A stretch of 64,000 nucleotides of DNA from Eledone cirrhosa (taxonomy: Eukaryota). Position numbers and translations under genes: made by a program. Where the stretch lies: assembly GCA_964016885.1 (NCBI GenBank), contig OZ024745.1, forward strand, positions 108,314,001 through 108,378,000. The letters are read 5' to 3'. Each line of letters starts with the position of its first letter. Within the stretch, counting starts at the first letter, position 1. The notes beneath the pieces were generated by a model. The model saw only the letters and a program-made list of their open reading frames with translations, ran no database searches and had not been told where the DNA came from. Of this stretch, positions 41,970 through 55,527 are shown piece after piece.

Positions 41970-43170
41970 ACAATTAAATCGAGTGCATTACTGGTGCTTT
42001 ATTTTATTGACCCAGTAATGATAGGCAAAGCTAACCTCAGCGGGATTTGAACTCAGGAGGTAAAGGGATGTAACCCTATGCCATAAAGCATGTTGAGAGA
42101 TGCACTACTGATACTGCCAATCCACCACTCTAACAATAACAACAACAATAATGATTTCTACTATAGGCACAAGGCCAGCAATTTCAGGGGGAGGGGAAAG
42201 TCGATTAAATCAACCCCAGTGCATTACTGGCACTTTATTTTATCGACCCCCTATAAGGATGAAAGGCAAAGCTAACCTAGGTGGGATTTGAACTCAGAAC
42301 GGAAAGGGCCATAACTCTATGCCGCAAAGCATAATGTCCGATGCTCTACCAATACTGCCAATCCGCAATATAATAACCATGATGATGATGATGATGATTA
42401 CAAATGGTTGTGAAGCCGATTATTTGATTACCTAAAGGTAATATTGATACAAATATTATAAAAGCAAACATCTGGTTGACTGATGGACGGAAATGCAAAG
42501 AAAAACAAATATCCCAAACATCCCTCATCAATGGAGATATAAGAGAACTTAGCATTATGATAGCTATTACAAATGAGCTGTCATGAAAAAGGATACTGCT
42601 GAGACCCACAACACCTAGAACACTAACAGCTGTTTACCAGGGTGTGGTGAAACAACACCACCACCACCACCAATAACAACAACAACAATAATAATAATTG
42701 TTTCTACTTTTTGGCACAAGGCCAGCAATTACCCAGTGCATTACTGGTACTTTTATTTTATTGACCCCCCGTAAGGATGAAAGGCAAAGTTAACCTCGGC
42801 GGGATTTGAACTCAGAATGGCAAGGGCCGTAATTCTATGCTGCAAAGCATGGTGTCCGACCCTCTACCGATACTGCCAATCCACTGCCTTTACAACAATA
42901 ATAATAATGGTTTCTAACATGAAAAAGCTCAACATTTTTAGGGGAATGGAAAGCCAGTTAAATTGACCCCAGTACTGGACTCATATATTTTATCAACACT
43001 ACCTCCTCTTTCGGAAGGGATGGATGATGATGATGATAATAATAATAATGGTTTCTACTTTTGGCACAAGGCTTTATTTTATCCACCCCCTTATGAATGA
43101 AAGGTTAAGCTAACGTTAACACGCAAAGCATGTTGTTCGACGCTCTACCAATACTGCAATTTCACCGCCC
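41970..43170 (-). mobile_element. cluster of four SINE family A copies (41970-42127, 42152-42366, 42695-42889, 43048-43170)
   Basis: Homology to other copies; all in the same orientation. Confidence 0.8.
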
Positions 43171-43739
43171 TAAGTGGAATATAATATTTGTATCAATCAT
43201 AATAAAGGGAGGAGTGCGGGACTGTGTCCTGAATATATTTTTTTATCCTGTTAGTAAAATAAGTTGGATTACTTTGAATAATAAATAATGAATGAATATT
43301 ACATAATTTATGTACTAAATTTAGTAGCTGTTGATTAAACATAAATATACAATGATTGCTTATTTTAAGATTCACTTCTTTGATATAAATAAGCCTGACA
43401 GGGTGGCGAACAGAACTAACAGCAGGAGGACATTCATTTGGAGGTGTCAAAATAGATCAGAGGATTTTCCAATGGGAAAGTTCATCACCTCTACTATTTG
43501 TCATTGCCCTCATCCCATCCTTAATTGAGAAGAAATAAAAGCTGGATATAGTTTAGGAAAAGACCAGGAGAGGGTCAACCATTTGCTATTCACGAATGAC
43601 CTGAAATTATATGCTAAGAATGAGAAGGAACTTGAAGTGCTTGTCAGCTCAGTGAGAGTATTTAAAAATAAGAGTTTAGTATTTTTTAATTTTTTATGAC
43701 CATGCTATAAAATGGAGGGAAAGAGAGGGCCCTTGAGTC

Positions 43740-46700
43740 TAGTAAGACATCCTCTCTAGTGCTGGTGGCACAAATAAAAGCACCCAGTCCATGGTGCTGG
43801 TGTTAGGAAGGGCATCCAACCAGTGTATCAATGCCAAAACGCTTATCAGCACAGCAACAAATAGGAACAACAACAAAATATGAAGACATCGGATCTCAGA
43901 GTTGCAACACTTAATGTTGGCACTCTCAGAGGTAGATCTGCTGAAATAGCAGAGATGCTGGAGAGAAGGCATGTGGATGTGTGCTGCATGCAAGAGGTGA
44001 GATGGAGAGGTGCCTCTGCAAGACTAGTCGTTGGCAAACGTCTTAGCTATAAGCTTTTCTGGGTAGGTAAGGATGATGGGTTAGGGGGAGTAGGCATTTT
44101 CCTGGCTGAGAGATGGATCAATAAGACAATTGAGGTAATTCGAGTTAGTAATCGAATAATTAAGCTTAGATTAGTTGTAGGCAGGAGACTACTGACAATC
44201 ATCTCTGCCTATGCTCCCCAAGCAGGCCTAGGCAAAGATGAGAAAGACTGCTTTTACGAACAACTTTTACAAACAACCGCAATGACAGAGGACGGAGACA
44301 TCGTTATGCTAGCAAGAGACTTCAATGGTCATGTTGGACAGCTCCAGGATGGTTACACTGGGGTACATGGTGGGCACGGTTATGGCTCTAGAAATGAAGA
44401 AGGAGTGAGACTTCTTGAATTTTGTGATGCAGGTACACTGACTATTTGCAACACAAACTTCCAGAAACCTGCCAATCACCTAATAACCTACAAATCTGGC
44501 GAGCACATAAGCCAGATTGACTTCTTACTAGTTAGGCAGCGGGACAGGTAGATAGTGTCTAATACCAAGGCATACCCTGGGGAAGAATGTACCCCACAGC
44601 ATAGGTTAATCGTTAGTGATATCTCAGTAAGCAAGAGAATGAATGAGACATACAGGAAGGTGTGGAGAAGAAAGGTCTGGAAGCTAAAAGACCTTTCACT
44701 AAAATACAAATTCAGGAAAGCCCTTCAAGATGCATATGACGAAAAAGAAGATGATTTAGAGACGTATGACATAGATAATAACTGGAATTTTTTACGCGAC
44801 AACTTGCTGCAGGCTACTGATGAAACTTGTGGCTGGAGCAGAGCTCCAACCAGATAGAGAGTGACCTGGTGGTGGAACAGCACAGTAGATAAGGCTATTA
44901 GAGACAAAAGACTAGCATGGAAGGCTTGGAAATAGGGTGGGAGTAGGGAAGAATATACAGCCGCTAAGAGAGAAGCTAGACATCAGGTGTACTTAGCACG
45001 CAGGGAGGCGGAGAGTAGGAGGTTTGCCAATGTTCTGCGACGGGAAGATCAGAGGCGTGCGGTGTTCCACATTGCAAGGCAGTGTGTCAATGCAAATCAG
45101 GATGTTGTTGGAGATAAATGTGTCCGGGATGATGCCGGTGTACTTAGTGTCACGAATGATCAGAAAAATGGAAATGTCATTATGAGAGACTGATGAATGT
45201 GGAGAACGATTGGGAGAGAGAGAGAAATTACCCTTAGTAGATCTGACAGAGGGCCCAGCTATTGAGATTGACGAATATAAGGTCCAAGAGGCGATTAAGG
45301 AAATGAAAGATGTTAAGGCTGCTGGACCATCGGGAATAGTTGCTGAGATGCTGAAGGCATCAGGGACGTAGGCACTAAACTGGTTGCACGCATCATTAAT
45401 CAGGCTATATATGGTGGTGTCATACCCAAAGACTGGTGCAGCAGTATTCTCATAAATTGCTACAAAGGTAAAGGGGATGCTCTGGAGAGGAGCAATTATA
45501 GGGGTATAAAACTGATGGATCAGGTTATGAAAGTGGCAGAAAGGATATTAGCACAACTAATTAGAGAAAGGGTCAAACTAGATAAGATGCAGTTTGGTTT
45601 TTTGCCTGGGAAGAGTACAACAGATGCCCTCTTCTTGGTGAGGCAATTGCAAGAGAGATTCTTAGAGAAAAATAAGCCACTATACTTAGCCTTTGTTGAC
45701 CTAGAGAAGGCCTTTGATAGAGTACCCCGATCTGTCATCTGGTGGTCCCTAAAGAAGCTAGGTGTTGAGGAATGGCTTGTGAGGACAGTGCAGACTTTGT
45801 ACAGAGGTACTCTCAGTAAAGTCAGGGTAGGAATGGAGTTTAGTGAGGAATTCCAGATACAAGTAGGAGTACATCAAGGTTCGGTCCTCAGCCCGCTCTT
45901 GTTCATTATAGTCCTCCAAGCCATAACAGAGGAGTTTAAGACTGGCTGTCCATGGGAACTTCTCTATGCTGACGATCTGGTTCTTATAGCAGAATCAGTA
46001 GAGGAGCTAGAGAATAAATTCTGGCTATGGAAACAGTAGTTGGAAGCAAGAAGACTGAGAGTGAACCTAGCTAAGACAAAAGTGTTGATGGGTAGAAAAG
46101 AGGACAAAACTCTGATTCCGTCAGGGAAATGGCCATGTTCGATATGCAGAAAAGGAACTGGCATAAATTCTATAAAATGCACACAATGCAGATCTTGGGT
46201 ACACAAGAGATGTAGTGGGATAGCAGGCAAACTAACAGGTAGGGAGAAATATGTATGCAGTAGATGTACAGGGAAATTAGACAGTAGAAGTCGCATTGAT
46301 AGTCACATTTTTCAAATGCAGGAGGGCGCTATAGAAGTGGTGGATAGCTTCTGGTACCTAGGAGATCAGATTAGCATGGGAGGAGAGTGTTCCGAGGCCA
46401 TAGTATCTAGAATAAGGACGGGTTGGAAGAAGTTTAGGGAGCTGCTTCCTCTGTTGACAAAGAAGGGTTTCTCCCTGCGTACGAAAGGCCGGTTGTATGA
46501 TGCCTGTGTGAGGGGCGCGATGCTGCATGGTAGTGAGACATGGGCAGCAACTGCAGAGGATATGCGACAGCTGGAGAGAAATGAGACAAGCATGCTCCGT
46601 TGGATGTGCAGTGTAAATGTGCGTGAATGACCCAGCATGAATGTGTTGAGAGAGAAACTGTATCTGAGAGGGATAGAATGTAGTGTACGGGAGAGGAGAC

Positions 46701-46955
46701 TAATGTGGTATGGACATGTGATGCGCATGGAGTATTACCGATGGGTGAAGAAGTGCTAGGAAATGCCAGTTGAAGGAAGACGTGGTAGAGGTAGACCACG
46801 AAAAACATGGGCAGAGGTGGTGAGAACAGACCTCAGATCGTTGAAGCTCACGGTGGAGATGACGAAGGAGCGTGACGAGTGGAGAGATGCTGTGCTGAAT
46901 AAGACCCGTCCCACCCTTGCAAGCAGGGAAAAATGATGATGATGATGATGATGAT
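43740..46955 (+). mobile_element. near full-length RTE-clade LINE, inactivated
   Basis: 5' UTR with GGTGTTAGGAAGGGCATCC, single APE+RT coding region, (GAT)n tail at 46933-46955. Confidence 0.95.
43880..46935 (+). pseudogene. RTE ORF: AP endonuclease, reverse transcriptase, PHD-like Cys/His insertion; multiple stops and frameshifts
   Basis: RVATLNVGTL, MQEVRW, SAYAPQ, DFNGHVG, QIDFLL, QFGF.PGKSTTDA, FVDLEKAFDRVPR, GVHQGSVLSPLLF, LYADDL, CSIC..CTQC..H..C..CSRC. Confidence 0.92.
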
Positions 46956-48473
46956 TTCCAAATGTGGAATCCTTGTGATGAAGGGAGTAAATATAATAAG
47001 ATGACAGAATGAATTTATCAAACAAAGAGAAGATTGACATAGGTGATGGAAATAAATACCTGGGTATTTTGGAAGTTGATGGTATAAAAGATGGACTAAT
47101 GAAAAACAAAATCAGGTGGGAATACCTGCCACCTGCAAAGAGTAAGGAAGATACTAAAATCCAAACATAGTATCCATCATCATATATAGCTCAGGTATAA
47201 TAAAATGGACATAGGAACTTGAGAAGTTAGATAGAAAAACAAGGAAGGCTATGACAATATGCAGAGCCTTATGTCCACAAGTAGCTGTTGACAGGTTATA
47301 TTCCAGCAGAAAAGAGAGAAGACTATGTAAGGATAGAAGTAGAGAGCTTGAGGAAGTATGCTGCTGATAGTGAAAAGGTACTTTTAATAGAAGTATGAGA
47401 GGAGAGGAGATATTAATTGAAAGAAAGGAAAAAGTAGTCTTCAAAACTAGAAAGCAAAAATGCTTACACAGAAAACTTTTTCAAAATACTGAAAAACATT
47501 GAGATGAGAAGTGATTATAGTGGTTAAAGAAGTGGTGATTAAAGAGAGAGAGAGACAGAGGGCTTAATCTTAGTCATACAGGATCAGGCAGTTAGAACAC
47601 AATATATTGGAAATAACATAGATAAGGATGACATCTCCATTCCATGAAAAATATGGTGAAAGAGAAGAGGCTGTGGGACATATAATCTCTGAATGTAAGA
47701 TGCTTGCTCAAAAACATTTTAGGAACTGGAGAGATGATAATGTTGCTATAATTTTACATTGGTGAATGTGAAAAAAGTTTGAATTTGAACATGCAAAGAA
47801 GTAATATGACCATAAACTAGAATATCTCCTTGAAAACAACCATGTGAAAGTATTATAGGACATGGATATTTAAATGCATAAACAAATGTAGCATTCACAC
47901 CCAGATACTGTTATACTCAATAAAAAAAATGAAGATTGTTTTGGCTAATTGATGTTGCTGGCCCAGTTGATACTAAAGTAGTAGACAAAGAACACAAGAA
48001 AATAGAAAAGTACCAAAATCTGAAATACAAAATGCAGAGAATCTGGAATTGCTGCAACAAGGTTATCATTCCAATTGTAATAGGAGCCTCAGGGACAGTG
48101 ACTAGAAGTTTGAATAGTTGTTGAAAATGTTGGGTAAAGAGGAACATTTCCTCCTTCTAGAGAAAGCTTGTTAACTTGGCACAGCAAGAACCATACAAAA
48201 GGTGTTAGATGCCTAAGGCTGCAGGAGACACCTTGGTTATCTGGCAATCCAAAAACTGCCAAAAAAGAAAAAAAAATGAAAAAGAACAATGAAATATTGA
48301 GTAAATAAGAAATAAAAATAATAACAGTGAATTCAAATTTCAGCACTAGGTCAGCAATTTATGGGGACAGGCAAGTTGATTAACTGAACCCCAGTACTTG
48401 ATTGGCACTTTATTTTAGACAATGGTGCTCAATCATAATCACAGTCCAATTACTGAAACTAGTAAAAGAAATA

Positions 48474-48648
48474 ATTGTTTCTACTTTAGGCACAAGGCCA
48501 GCAATTACCCAGTGCATTACTGGTACTTTATTTTATCGACCCCGTAAGGATGAAAGGCAAAGTCAACCTCGGCGGGATATGAACTCAGATCGTAAAGGGA
48601 CGTAACTATGCTGGAAAGCATGGCATCCGACCCTCCACCGATACTGCC
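48474..48648 (-). mobile_element. SINE family A
   Basis: Near reverse complement of 49131-49319. Confidence 0.85.
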
Positions 48649-49130
48649 TTACTTATACTAATCAAGTTATAACATGTCAATATAGCTGCTTCTTTAAATA
48701 ACTTTTTTTTGTCATATTATGAATACTAATCCCTTTTAATCTCAATACTCTTCATTTATTTAGTGCTTGGTATCCCTATTCTTATATCATAAAAATTCAG
48801 ATTGTGTGTGTGTGCATGTATGTGTCTCTGTGTGTGTGTTTAAGTGCATGGCCAAACAAATACCATGATGATGATGATATATGGACTGATAGCAAACTGA
48901 ACTTCTTAACCATTTAGCTATGTTGTGTGGCATCTTATGTAAGAGTATTTGACCAGAGCATCAAGTTACCTCTAAACCTGGCAAGTGAAATTCAGCCAGA
49001 AGGATTGTACCGGTAATTCAAAGCTCCAGTTTTGTCACATAACAGTCGTGTTGACTCTGCTTGATAATTATGTTAAGTGTTACACATGCCTGTGGAATAC
49101 TCAGCCACTTACATTATCGGTGTATATATA

Positions 49131-49319
49131 GGGCGGTGGATTGGCAGTATCGGTAGAGAGTCGGACGCCATGCTTTCCAGCATAGTTACGTCCCTTTACG
49201 ATCAGAGTTCAAATCCCGCCGAGGTTGACTTTGCCTTTCATCCTTATGAGGTCGATAAAACAAAGTACCAGTAATACACTGGGTAATTGCTGGCTTTGTG
49301 CCAAAAGTATAAACAATTA
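49131..49319 (+). mobile_element. SINE family A (reference copy)
   Basis: GGGCGGTGGATTGGCAGTATCGGTAGAG (A box), GAGTTCAAATCCCGCC (B box), conserved core and tail. Confidence 0.9.
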
Positions 49320-50385
49320 TCTGTATATATATAAAATTAAGTATGTCTGTGTGTCTGTGTATTACCTATAGGGGCCTACATCTTACGACCGATTTTTATG
49401 AAACTTTACAGTCTTATAGATTAGTCATCGGGGAGTGTTTTCTATATATCAGCGTATGTTTTTTTTATTCCGGGGTCATTCTGCAGATAAAAATCGATAT
49501 GGGGAAGGGGGGGGTCACCTTTTTTTAGGTATCAAAAAATAAGACTTTTGGCTTTAGCTCCCACATTTTGCCACCGATTTCGTTCAAATTTTAAAGCAAA
49601 ATAGAATTTGTCATTGCACATCCTGTAATGGCATTATATTTTGCCTTTGTTATTCAGGGACGGCGTGGCAGCCGCTTAAATATTCAAAAATACCACTTTT
49701 AGACTCAAATTTCCACTTTTTCGACTCTAGCTCCCACATTAATCAACCTACTTTATTCAAATTTTACACTACGCTAGATCTGATTATTTCACATCTTAAA
49801 GTGGTTTTACATTTGTTTTTTTTTTGTTCAGGAACGGCGTGGCAGCCGCTTAAATATTTGAAAATACAACCTTTTCGCTCAAATTTCCGCCTTTTCGGCT
49901 CTAGCTCCCACACTTTTCAACCGATTTCGTTCAAATTCGAAACTTCGGCTCCACCTCACACATAAATCAATTTATTTGGTTCAACTTTTATACTACGATA
50001 GAACCTATCATTGCACATCTTATAGTAGCTTTACACTTTGCATTTTTTGTTCAGAGACAGCGACCTATCATTAGCTCCCACATTTTTCAACCGACTTCAT
50101 TCAAATTCGAAACTTCGGCTCCACCTCACACATAAATCAATTTATTTGGTTCAACTTTTATACTACGATAGAAACTATCATTGCACATCTTATAGTAGCT
50201 TTACACTTTGCATTTTTTGTTCAGGGAGGGCGTGGCACATATTCCATACGATTTCACTCAACATTTCGCCATTTGCTACACCTTATGACCGATTTTCAAG
50301 AAACTCGCAGTCGCTAAGATCAACACCTTTTCATCAAAGCAGATATTATTTTACCTACCCAGGCAATGCTGGGTACTGCTGCTAG
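49320..50385 (+). mobile_element. non-autonomous Helitron with internal tandem repeats of about 172 bp
   Basis: 5' A|TC-TGTATATATATAAAA; 3' hairpin TACCCAG-gcaatg-CTGGGTA (50356-50375) then CTAG|T; TAGCTCCCACA recurs at about 49555, 49728, 49902 and 50072. Confidence 0.85.
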
Positions 50386-51295
50386 TAATTTAGTAAAATA
50401 ATCTTGTGTCCTAGGCGGTAGTCAAGGTTGTCTAATACTGCACAAGAGCAGGGTCAACATTCTTTTGGGCTCTAAAAAAGATTGCCTTAATTCATAATGA
50501 AGTTTGCGAATTCGTGAATGCCCGTGTGCCATGTGTGGAAGTAAAAATATCCCAAGATCCTAAGCAAAACCTATTGCTGAAGAAAGTGGGGAAAGATTTC
50601 ATTGAAACGTCAAGGCATTCATCTTCCCCAAGACATACAAACTTATCCAAATTCACCGACTTCATACTGATCACAACCTCCTACCAATTTCCTCAAGTCA
50701 TTTTTTTTTTTTTTTCACACTTCATAACTGTTGGGTCAGAGCCTTTATTACTAAGACAGCTATGTTTTTTCTCCTCCACATGTCTCCCTGTTTTAAATTA
50801 CAACCTTAATCAATTTACTGAAATTTGAAAATTCCAAGAACTATCAGAGATGAAAATCTGAAAGCAAGAAAGAAATGAGCTTAAGGTTACAAACGTCAAA
50901 AGCCTTTACACTACCAGCTGTCTCTCCCCATGTTACAACATATGCATCCTCCCTTTCATTGCCATTTACTCGGTTCTATATAACTATTTTATAACGTACC
51001 TAATTAGATCCATGTCGGTGATAAGGTTTCCTTATGCAAGTGTTTCTCACTTCCCGCTATCATGTTGAAGTAATCGACGAAGACAAGTATCTCAAAATTT
51101 GTAAAAATCTCTGTGTTTATGAGTGGGGAAATGAGGCACGTATACTCACATAAACATACACGCTTAAAGATACACGATTTTGCTTACACACATACTTAGT
51201 GCGTGAACAAAAATAATCATAATGAACATACATACCCCACGCCGTATACAAAGATACACTTAATATACATACGAGTATATATATATATATATATA

Positions 51296-51398
<103 letters not shown>

Positions 51399-51484
51399 TA
51401 TATATTTTTTTTCCTCCAGCCTCACTTTCATATTTGTTATATTTTTGTTTTTCAAATCCACTGTCAATAAAGACACCAGGATTT

Positions 51485-51544
51485 TTTCATTCTGATGAAT
51501 GAAAGCAATTTTGGCTGCTTTCAAGGAACCACTGGTAAATGAAA
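51485..51544 (+). ncRNA. type I hammerhead ribozyme in the 5' pLTR (core GAAA changed to GGAA)
   Basis: TTTCATT-CTGATGA-stem II-GGAA-CC-act-GG-TA-AATGAAA. Confidence 0.7.
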
Positions 51545-51757
51545 TAATTATCTTATGTTGTTCATTACATAACTAATAAGCTCTGTAACTTACATAGAGC
51601 ACTCTTTTTTCCTGGACCATTCCGACGGAATTACTTCATTTATACAGCTCCAACCGGGATTGATTGAAGCATATTCTATATTACATATATGATTGGCACC
51701 TTCCAGCCCGATAAGTTAAGCACTCTACAATTTTCAGGAATTTAACCAACATACACC

Positions 51758-53873
51758 ATGGACCTTTATGATTTGGATTATTCAATCAAAAATATACCTA
51801 CTCCTTCCAACACAACTTATACCAAACTGCTTATAGATAAAATCGAACAAGTCGTTAAAAGAATGAGATGGGAGGCAATGGTTTACGGTGGACTATTCAG
51901 TGCTGATACAAATGATTGTTTTGACATAAAATTCTGTAAATACCCACCTAGAATTAAAGACATGGCCAACTTCGAATTAGACCTTGTTAATTTAATTAGC
52001 GATATCAAATTTCGTAAGTACAACAATAACTTTCAAATTAAACTTTCTAACGATATCTCTTATTTTAAAAATTCTACAAACACTTTTGTTCTTTCCGATA
52101 AAATAAAAATCTCTTTGAAGTTAATAGTATTTTGTATAACCAACTTTTAACCAATAGTATCACCTACAAATATCAATTAACTAACAATAACACCTACAAT
52201 ATTATTAATAATGAAGCTAAAGAACTAGCTAGTTTTTTTTAAAATAGACAACCGGATTGAAAGCCTAGCTAAATGTAAAGCTTATATTACCCTTAAAGAC
52301 CATAAATTAGACTTTACTAATCGACCTAGTTGTAGACTGATTAACCCGGCTAAATCCGAAGTTGGCCTTGCAAGTAAAAAAATCTTAAGAAAAATAATTT
52401 TCCAAATTAGAACTAAGACTGACTTATCACAATGGTTAAATACATCCTCTGTTATTTCTTGGTTTAATAATGTACAAGGTAAAAATAAGTGTAGATTTAC
52501 CCAATTTGATATTGTTGATTTTTACCCCTCTATTACTGTTTCCTTATTAACAAAAGCCTTAGATTTTGCAAGACTTTTCATTAATATTTCTAAATTAGAA
52601 GAAGACATTATTTTTCATGTTAGGAAAACTCTACTTTTTACTAATGATAATATTTGGGTTAAAAAGTCAAGCCCTGAAAACTCTTTTGATGTTGCAATGG
52701 GTTCATATGACAGTACGGATGACTTAGTAGGATTATTCCTTCTCCACACCCTTAAAGAGAAATTTCCTTCCCATAATATCGGTTTATACCGTGATGACGG
52801 ATTGGCAGTTTCTCATACCACCAACGGCCATAACCTTGATAAATTCCGTAAAGATTTAATCAATACTTTTGCTAATCTTAACCTTAAAATTACCAATGCT
52901 AACTTACTTGATATTAATCTTGATCTACTTACTGCCTCTTTTAAACCTAACGAGAATCTAAGATATATACACAAAGAGTCTTGCCATGCCCCTATAGTTT
53001 TTAAAAATATTATTCCCAATATTAGTCGTAGGATTTCTACTTTATCTTCTTCTCTAGACATTTTTAATAAAGCTGCTCCTTATTATAATAAAGCTGCTCT
53101 TTATTATAATAAAGCCCTCAATAACAGCGGCTTTACAGAACAGATTACATATTTACCTACCCCTCCCCCTAAAACTAATCAATAATAGGAAAAGGAAAAT
53201 TATTTGGTTTCCACCCCCCTTCTCTCTAACTGTTAAAACTAATGTAGGAAGGAAATTCCTTGACCTCCTAGATAAGCATTTTCCGCCTAATCATAGATAT
53301 TATAAGATATTTAATAGAAATGTAGTTAAAATTAGTTACTCTTGCTACCCATCTATGAAGTCTAAAATCACCAACTCTAATCGTACGAGAATAAATCCAG
53401 GATGCAGTTGCAGAAAGCCGGATGAATGCCCACTACAGGGCAAATGTAACACCAAATCTGTTGTATATGAGGCCAAAATAACACCTTTGATTAACAACCA
53501 GCCAGCCAGGAGTGAACGATATGTTGGTATGACTCAAGACAGGTTCAAAACCAGGTTTTATGCACATGTCGCTTCTTTTAAACACTCTGATAAAAGAACA
53601 GCAACGGCCCTCACTAATAAGGTGTGGGAATTCAAAGATAATAACATCTCGTACTCTATCGATTGGTCTATTTTAGACCATTCAAGGGAATACCAAAGGG
53701 GCACAAAGAATTGTTCTTTGTGTACCACTGAAAAATTTAGAATTCTACAGCATTTGAAAGCCACTTCAACTTGCCTTAACTCCAAGACCGAGATCTTCAG
53801 ATGTTGTCTTCACCTGAAATCACATCTGCTCTGTAACTGGATTGACATTCCTACAATGACTCAACCACCTTGA
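51758..53873 (+). pseudogene. Penelope-like RT / GIY-YIG endonuclease ORF, frameshifted
   Basis: YSIKNIPTPS..RMRW, FDIVDFYPSI, MGSYD, GLYRDDGL, CSCR..CPLQGKC..VVY..YVGMT..FKTR..H..CSLCTTEK..LNSKTE. Confidence 0.9.
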
Positions 53874-54221
53874 ACTTCTTCTTTGCTACGATGACTTAAC
53901 CACCTTGAACTTCTTCTTTGCTCTTTATGCCTTACATCTACTACGACTTTTATTACTCTCTGAACTCACTTTCTGTACCCTTATTTTCTCTTTCTCCCTT
54001 ATCTCCTCTTATTTTTTAACTTTTTCTTGTTATTTATTTTCCTTATTCCCACCTACTCTCTACCTTACCCTTTACATACCCACCCCCTTTTGATTTTTAG
54101 ATATTAATTTTACGTGTATATATGTTATCGTGTATATATGTTATCGTGTATATGTGTAATTAAGTGTATGTATATATATATATATGTGTATATGTATGTA
54201 TACAATGTTTATATATATGTG

Positions 54222-54260
<39 letters not shown>

Positions 54261-54829
54261 TTATATAGTGTGTGTGTGTATTTTTATTGATGTGGTGTTG
54301 TAACCCTTTGTACTTATGTGTGTGTATATTAGTGTGTGTGTATATATATACAAGTATATATATATATGTGCGTGTATATATATATATGTGTATATATATA
54401 TATATATGTATATATATTTGTATGTAGTTGGTTGTGTGTGTGTATGTATGGTTTTGTATGTATATGCATAATTACATACAGAGTTTTTAATGCTTGCTTT
54501 TATTGATTATTTGCTCCAGGAACTGTTGAGTGCTCTTAATCAGCTATAAACATTTATACCTTTATTTTTTATTTGTCGTATGCCCTACTATTTGAATACC
54601 CCCTTCCTTCCCTTTATTTTTATTTTGTGTATGTATGTATGTATATATATGTGTATGTGTATATGTATATATATATATGTGTATATGTGTATATATATTA
54701 TATATATATATGCATAAAATTGAAAGTAAATTTTTATGTATTTCTTTTATATATATATGTGTGTATATATATTTTTTTTTATAAATATATATATATATAT
54801 TTAGTTCTTTTTTGTGCATTTGCTTACCA

Positions 54830-55050
54830 CGTGCGTTTGGTCATTATTATTATTATTTTTATTTTAAAGCAATGCAAATATCGGATAAGTAGCACTCAAC
54901 AGTTTATAGGACTGGAGTATAAATAATATAAATAATATTATACTTCTCTGATGAGAACGCAAATATCATCTCGTGGTGATATTTGTTTTTGAAATGTGCA
55001 TAATAAAATACATGGAACTCTTTTAACCATCTTTTGATTTTATATTATAT
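54830..55050. mobile_element. family-Y-like mini-element: inverted tail plus degenerate hammerhead
   Basis: Tail motif on minus at 54891-54918; CTGATGA-GAACGCAAATATCA..TGATATTTGTTTTT-GAAA-TGTGCA-TA-ATAAAA on plus at about 54948-55008. Confidence 0.6.
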
Positions 55051-55262
55051 ATATATGTATATATGCGTGTATATATGTATGTATATATGTGTGTATATGT
55101 GAATGTGTGTGCGTACGTGTATGTGTGTGTGTGTGTACGTGTGTGTTGTTATATATTCTTATTTATTATTCTCCCCCCTCCCCCTTTTACCTCCAGCCTC
55201 ACTTTCATATCTGTTATATTTTTGTTTTTCAAATCCACTGTCAATAAAGACACCAGGATTTT

Positions 55263-55322
55263 TTTCATTCTGATGAATGAAAGCAATTTTGGTTGCTTTC
55301 AAGAAACCACTGGTAAATGAAA
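55263..55322 (+). ncRNA. type I hammerhead ribozyme in the 3' pLTR
   Basis: Stem I TTTCATT/AATGAAA, CTGATGA, stem II TGAAAGCAA/TTGCTTTCA (closing A-A mismatch), GAAA, stem III ACC/GGT, GUA site. Confidence 0.8.
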
Positions 55323-55363
55323 TAATTATCTTATGTTGTTTATTACATAACTATATATATATG

Positions 55364-55397
<34 letters not shown>

Positions 55398-55442
55398 TAT
55401 ATGTGTGTTTAAAATCCAACGTCAATAAAAACACCAGGACTT

Positions 55443-55502
55443 TTTCATTCTGATGATTGAAAGCAAAATTTTTTGCTTTTAAGAAACCACTGGTAAATGG
55501 AA
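55443..55502 (+). ncRNA. type I hammerhead ribozyme in the extra tandem pLTR
   Basis: Intact core; substitutions relative to 55263-55322 keep pairing through G-U wobbles in stems I and II. Confidence 0.8.
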
Positions 55503-55527
55503 TAATTGCCTTATGTTGTTTATTACA

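Larger units (their letters stand above)
43395..48230 (+). mobile_element. old R4/Dong-type (restriction-like endonuclease) LINE split by the RTE insertion (43395-43680 and 46955-48230)
   Basis: Left part: RGIFQ..SSPLLFVIALIP..VNHLLFTNDLKLYAKNE. Right part: KYLGILEVD..GHIISEC..PDTV..IDVAGPVD..KEHKKIEKYQ..IPIVIGASG. Confidence 0.8.

Noticed and set aside
43880-46935. Programmed readthrough or recoding of in-frame stops in the RTE ORF
   Set aside because: Stops are mixed TAG/TGA and come with frameshifts, consistent with ordinary decay.
49131-49235. tRNA gene
   Set aside because: The A/B boxes belong to a multi-copy SINE head; no complete cloverleaf is evident.
50492-50828. Overlapping ORFs in non-repetitive sequence
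   Set aside because: No recognisable domain or convincing splice signals.
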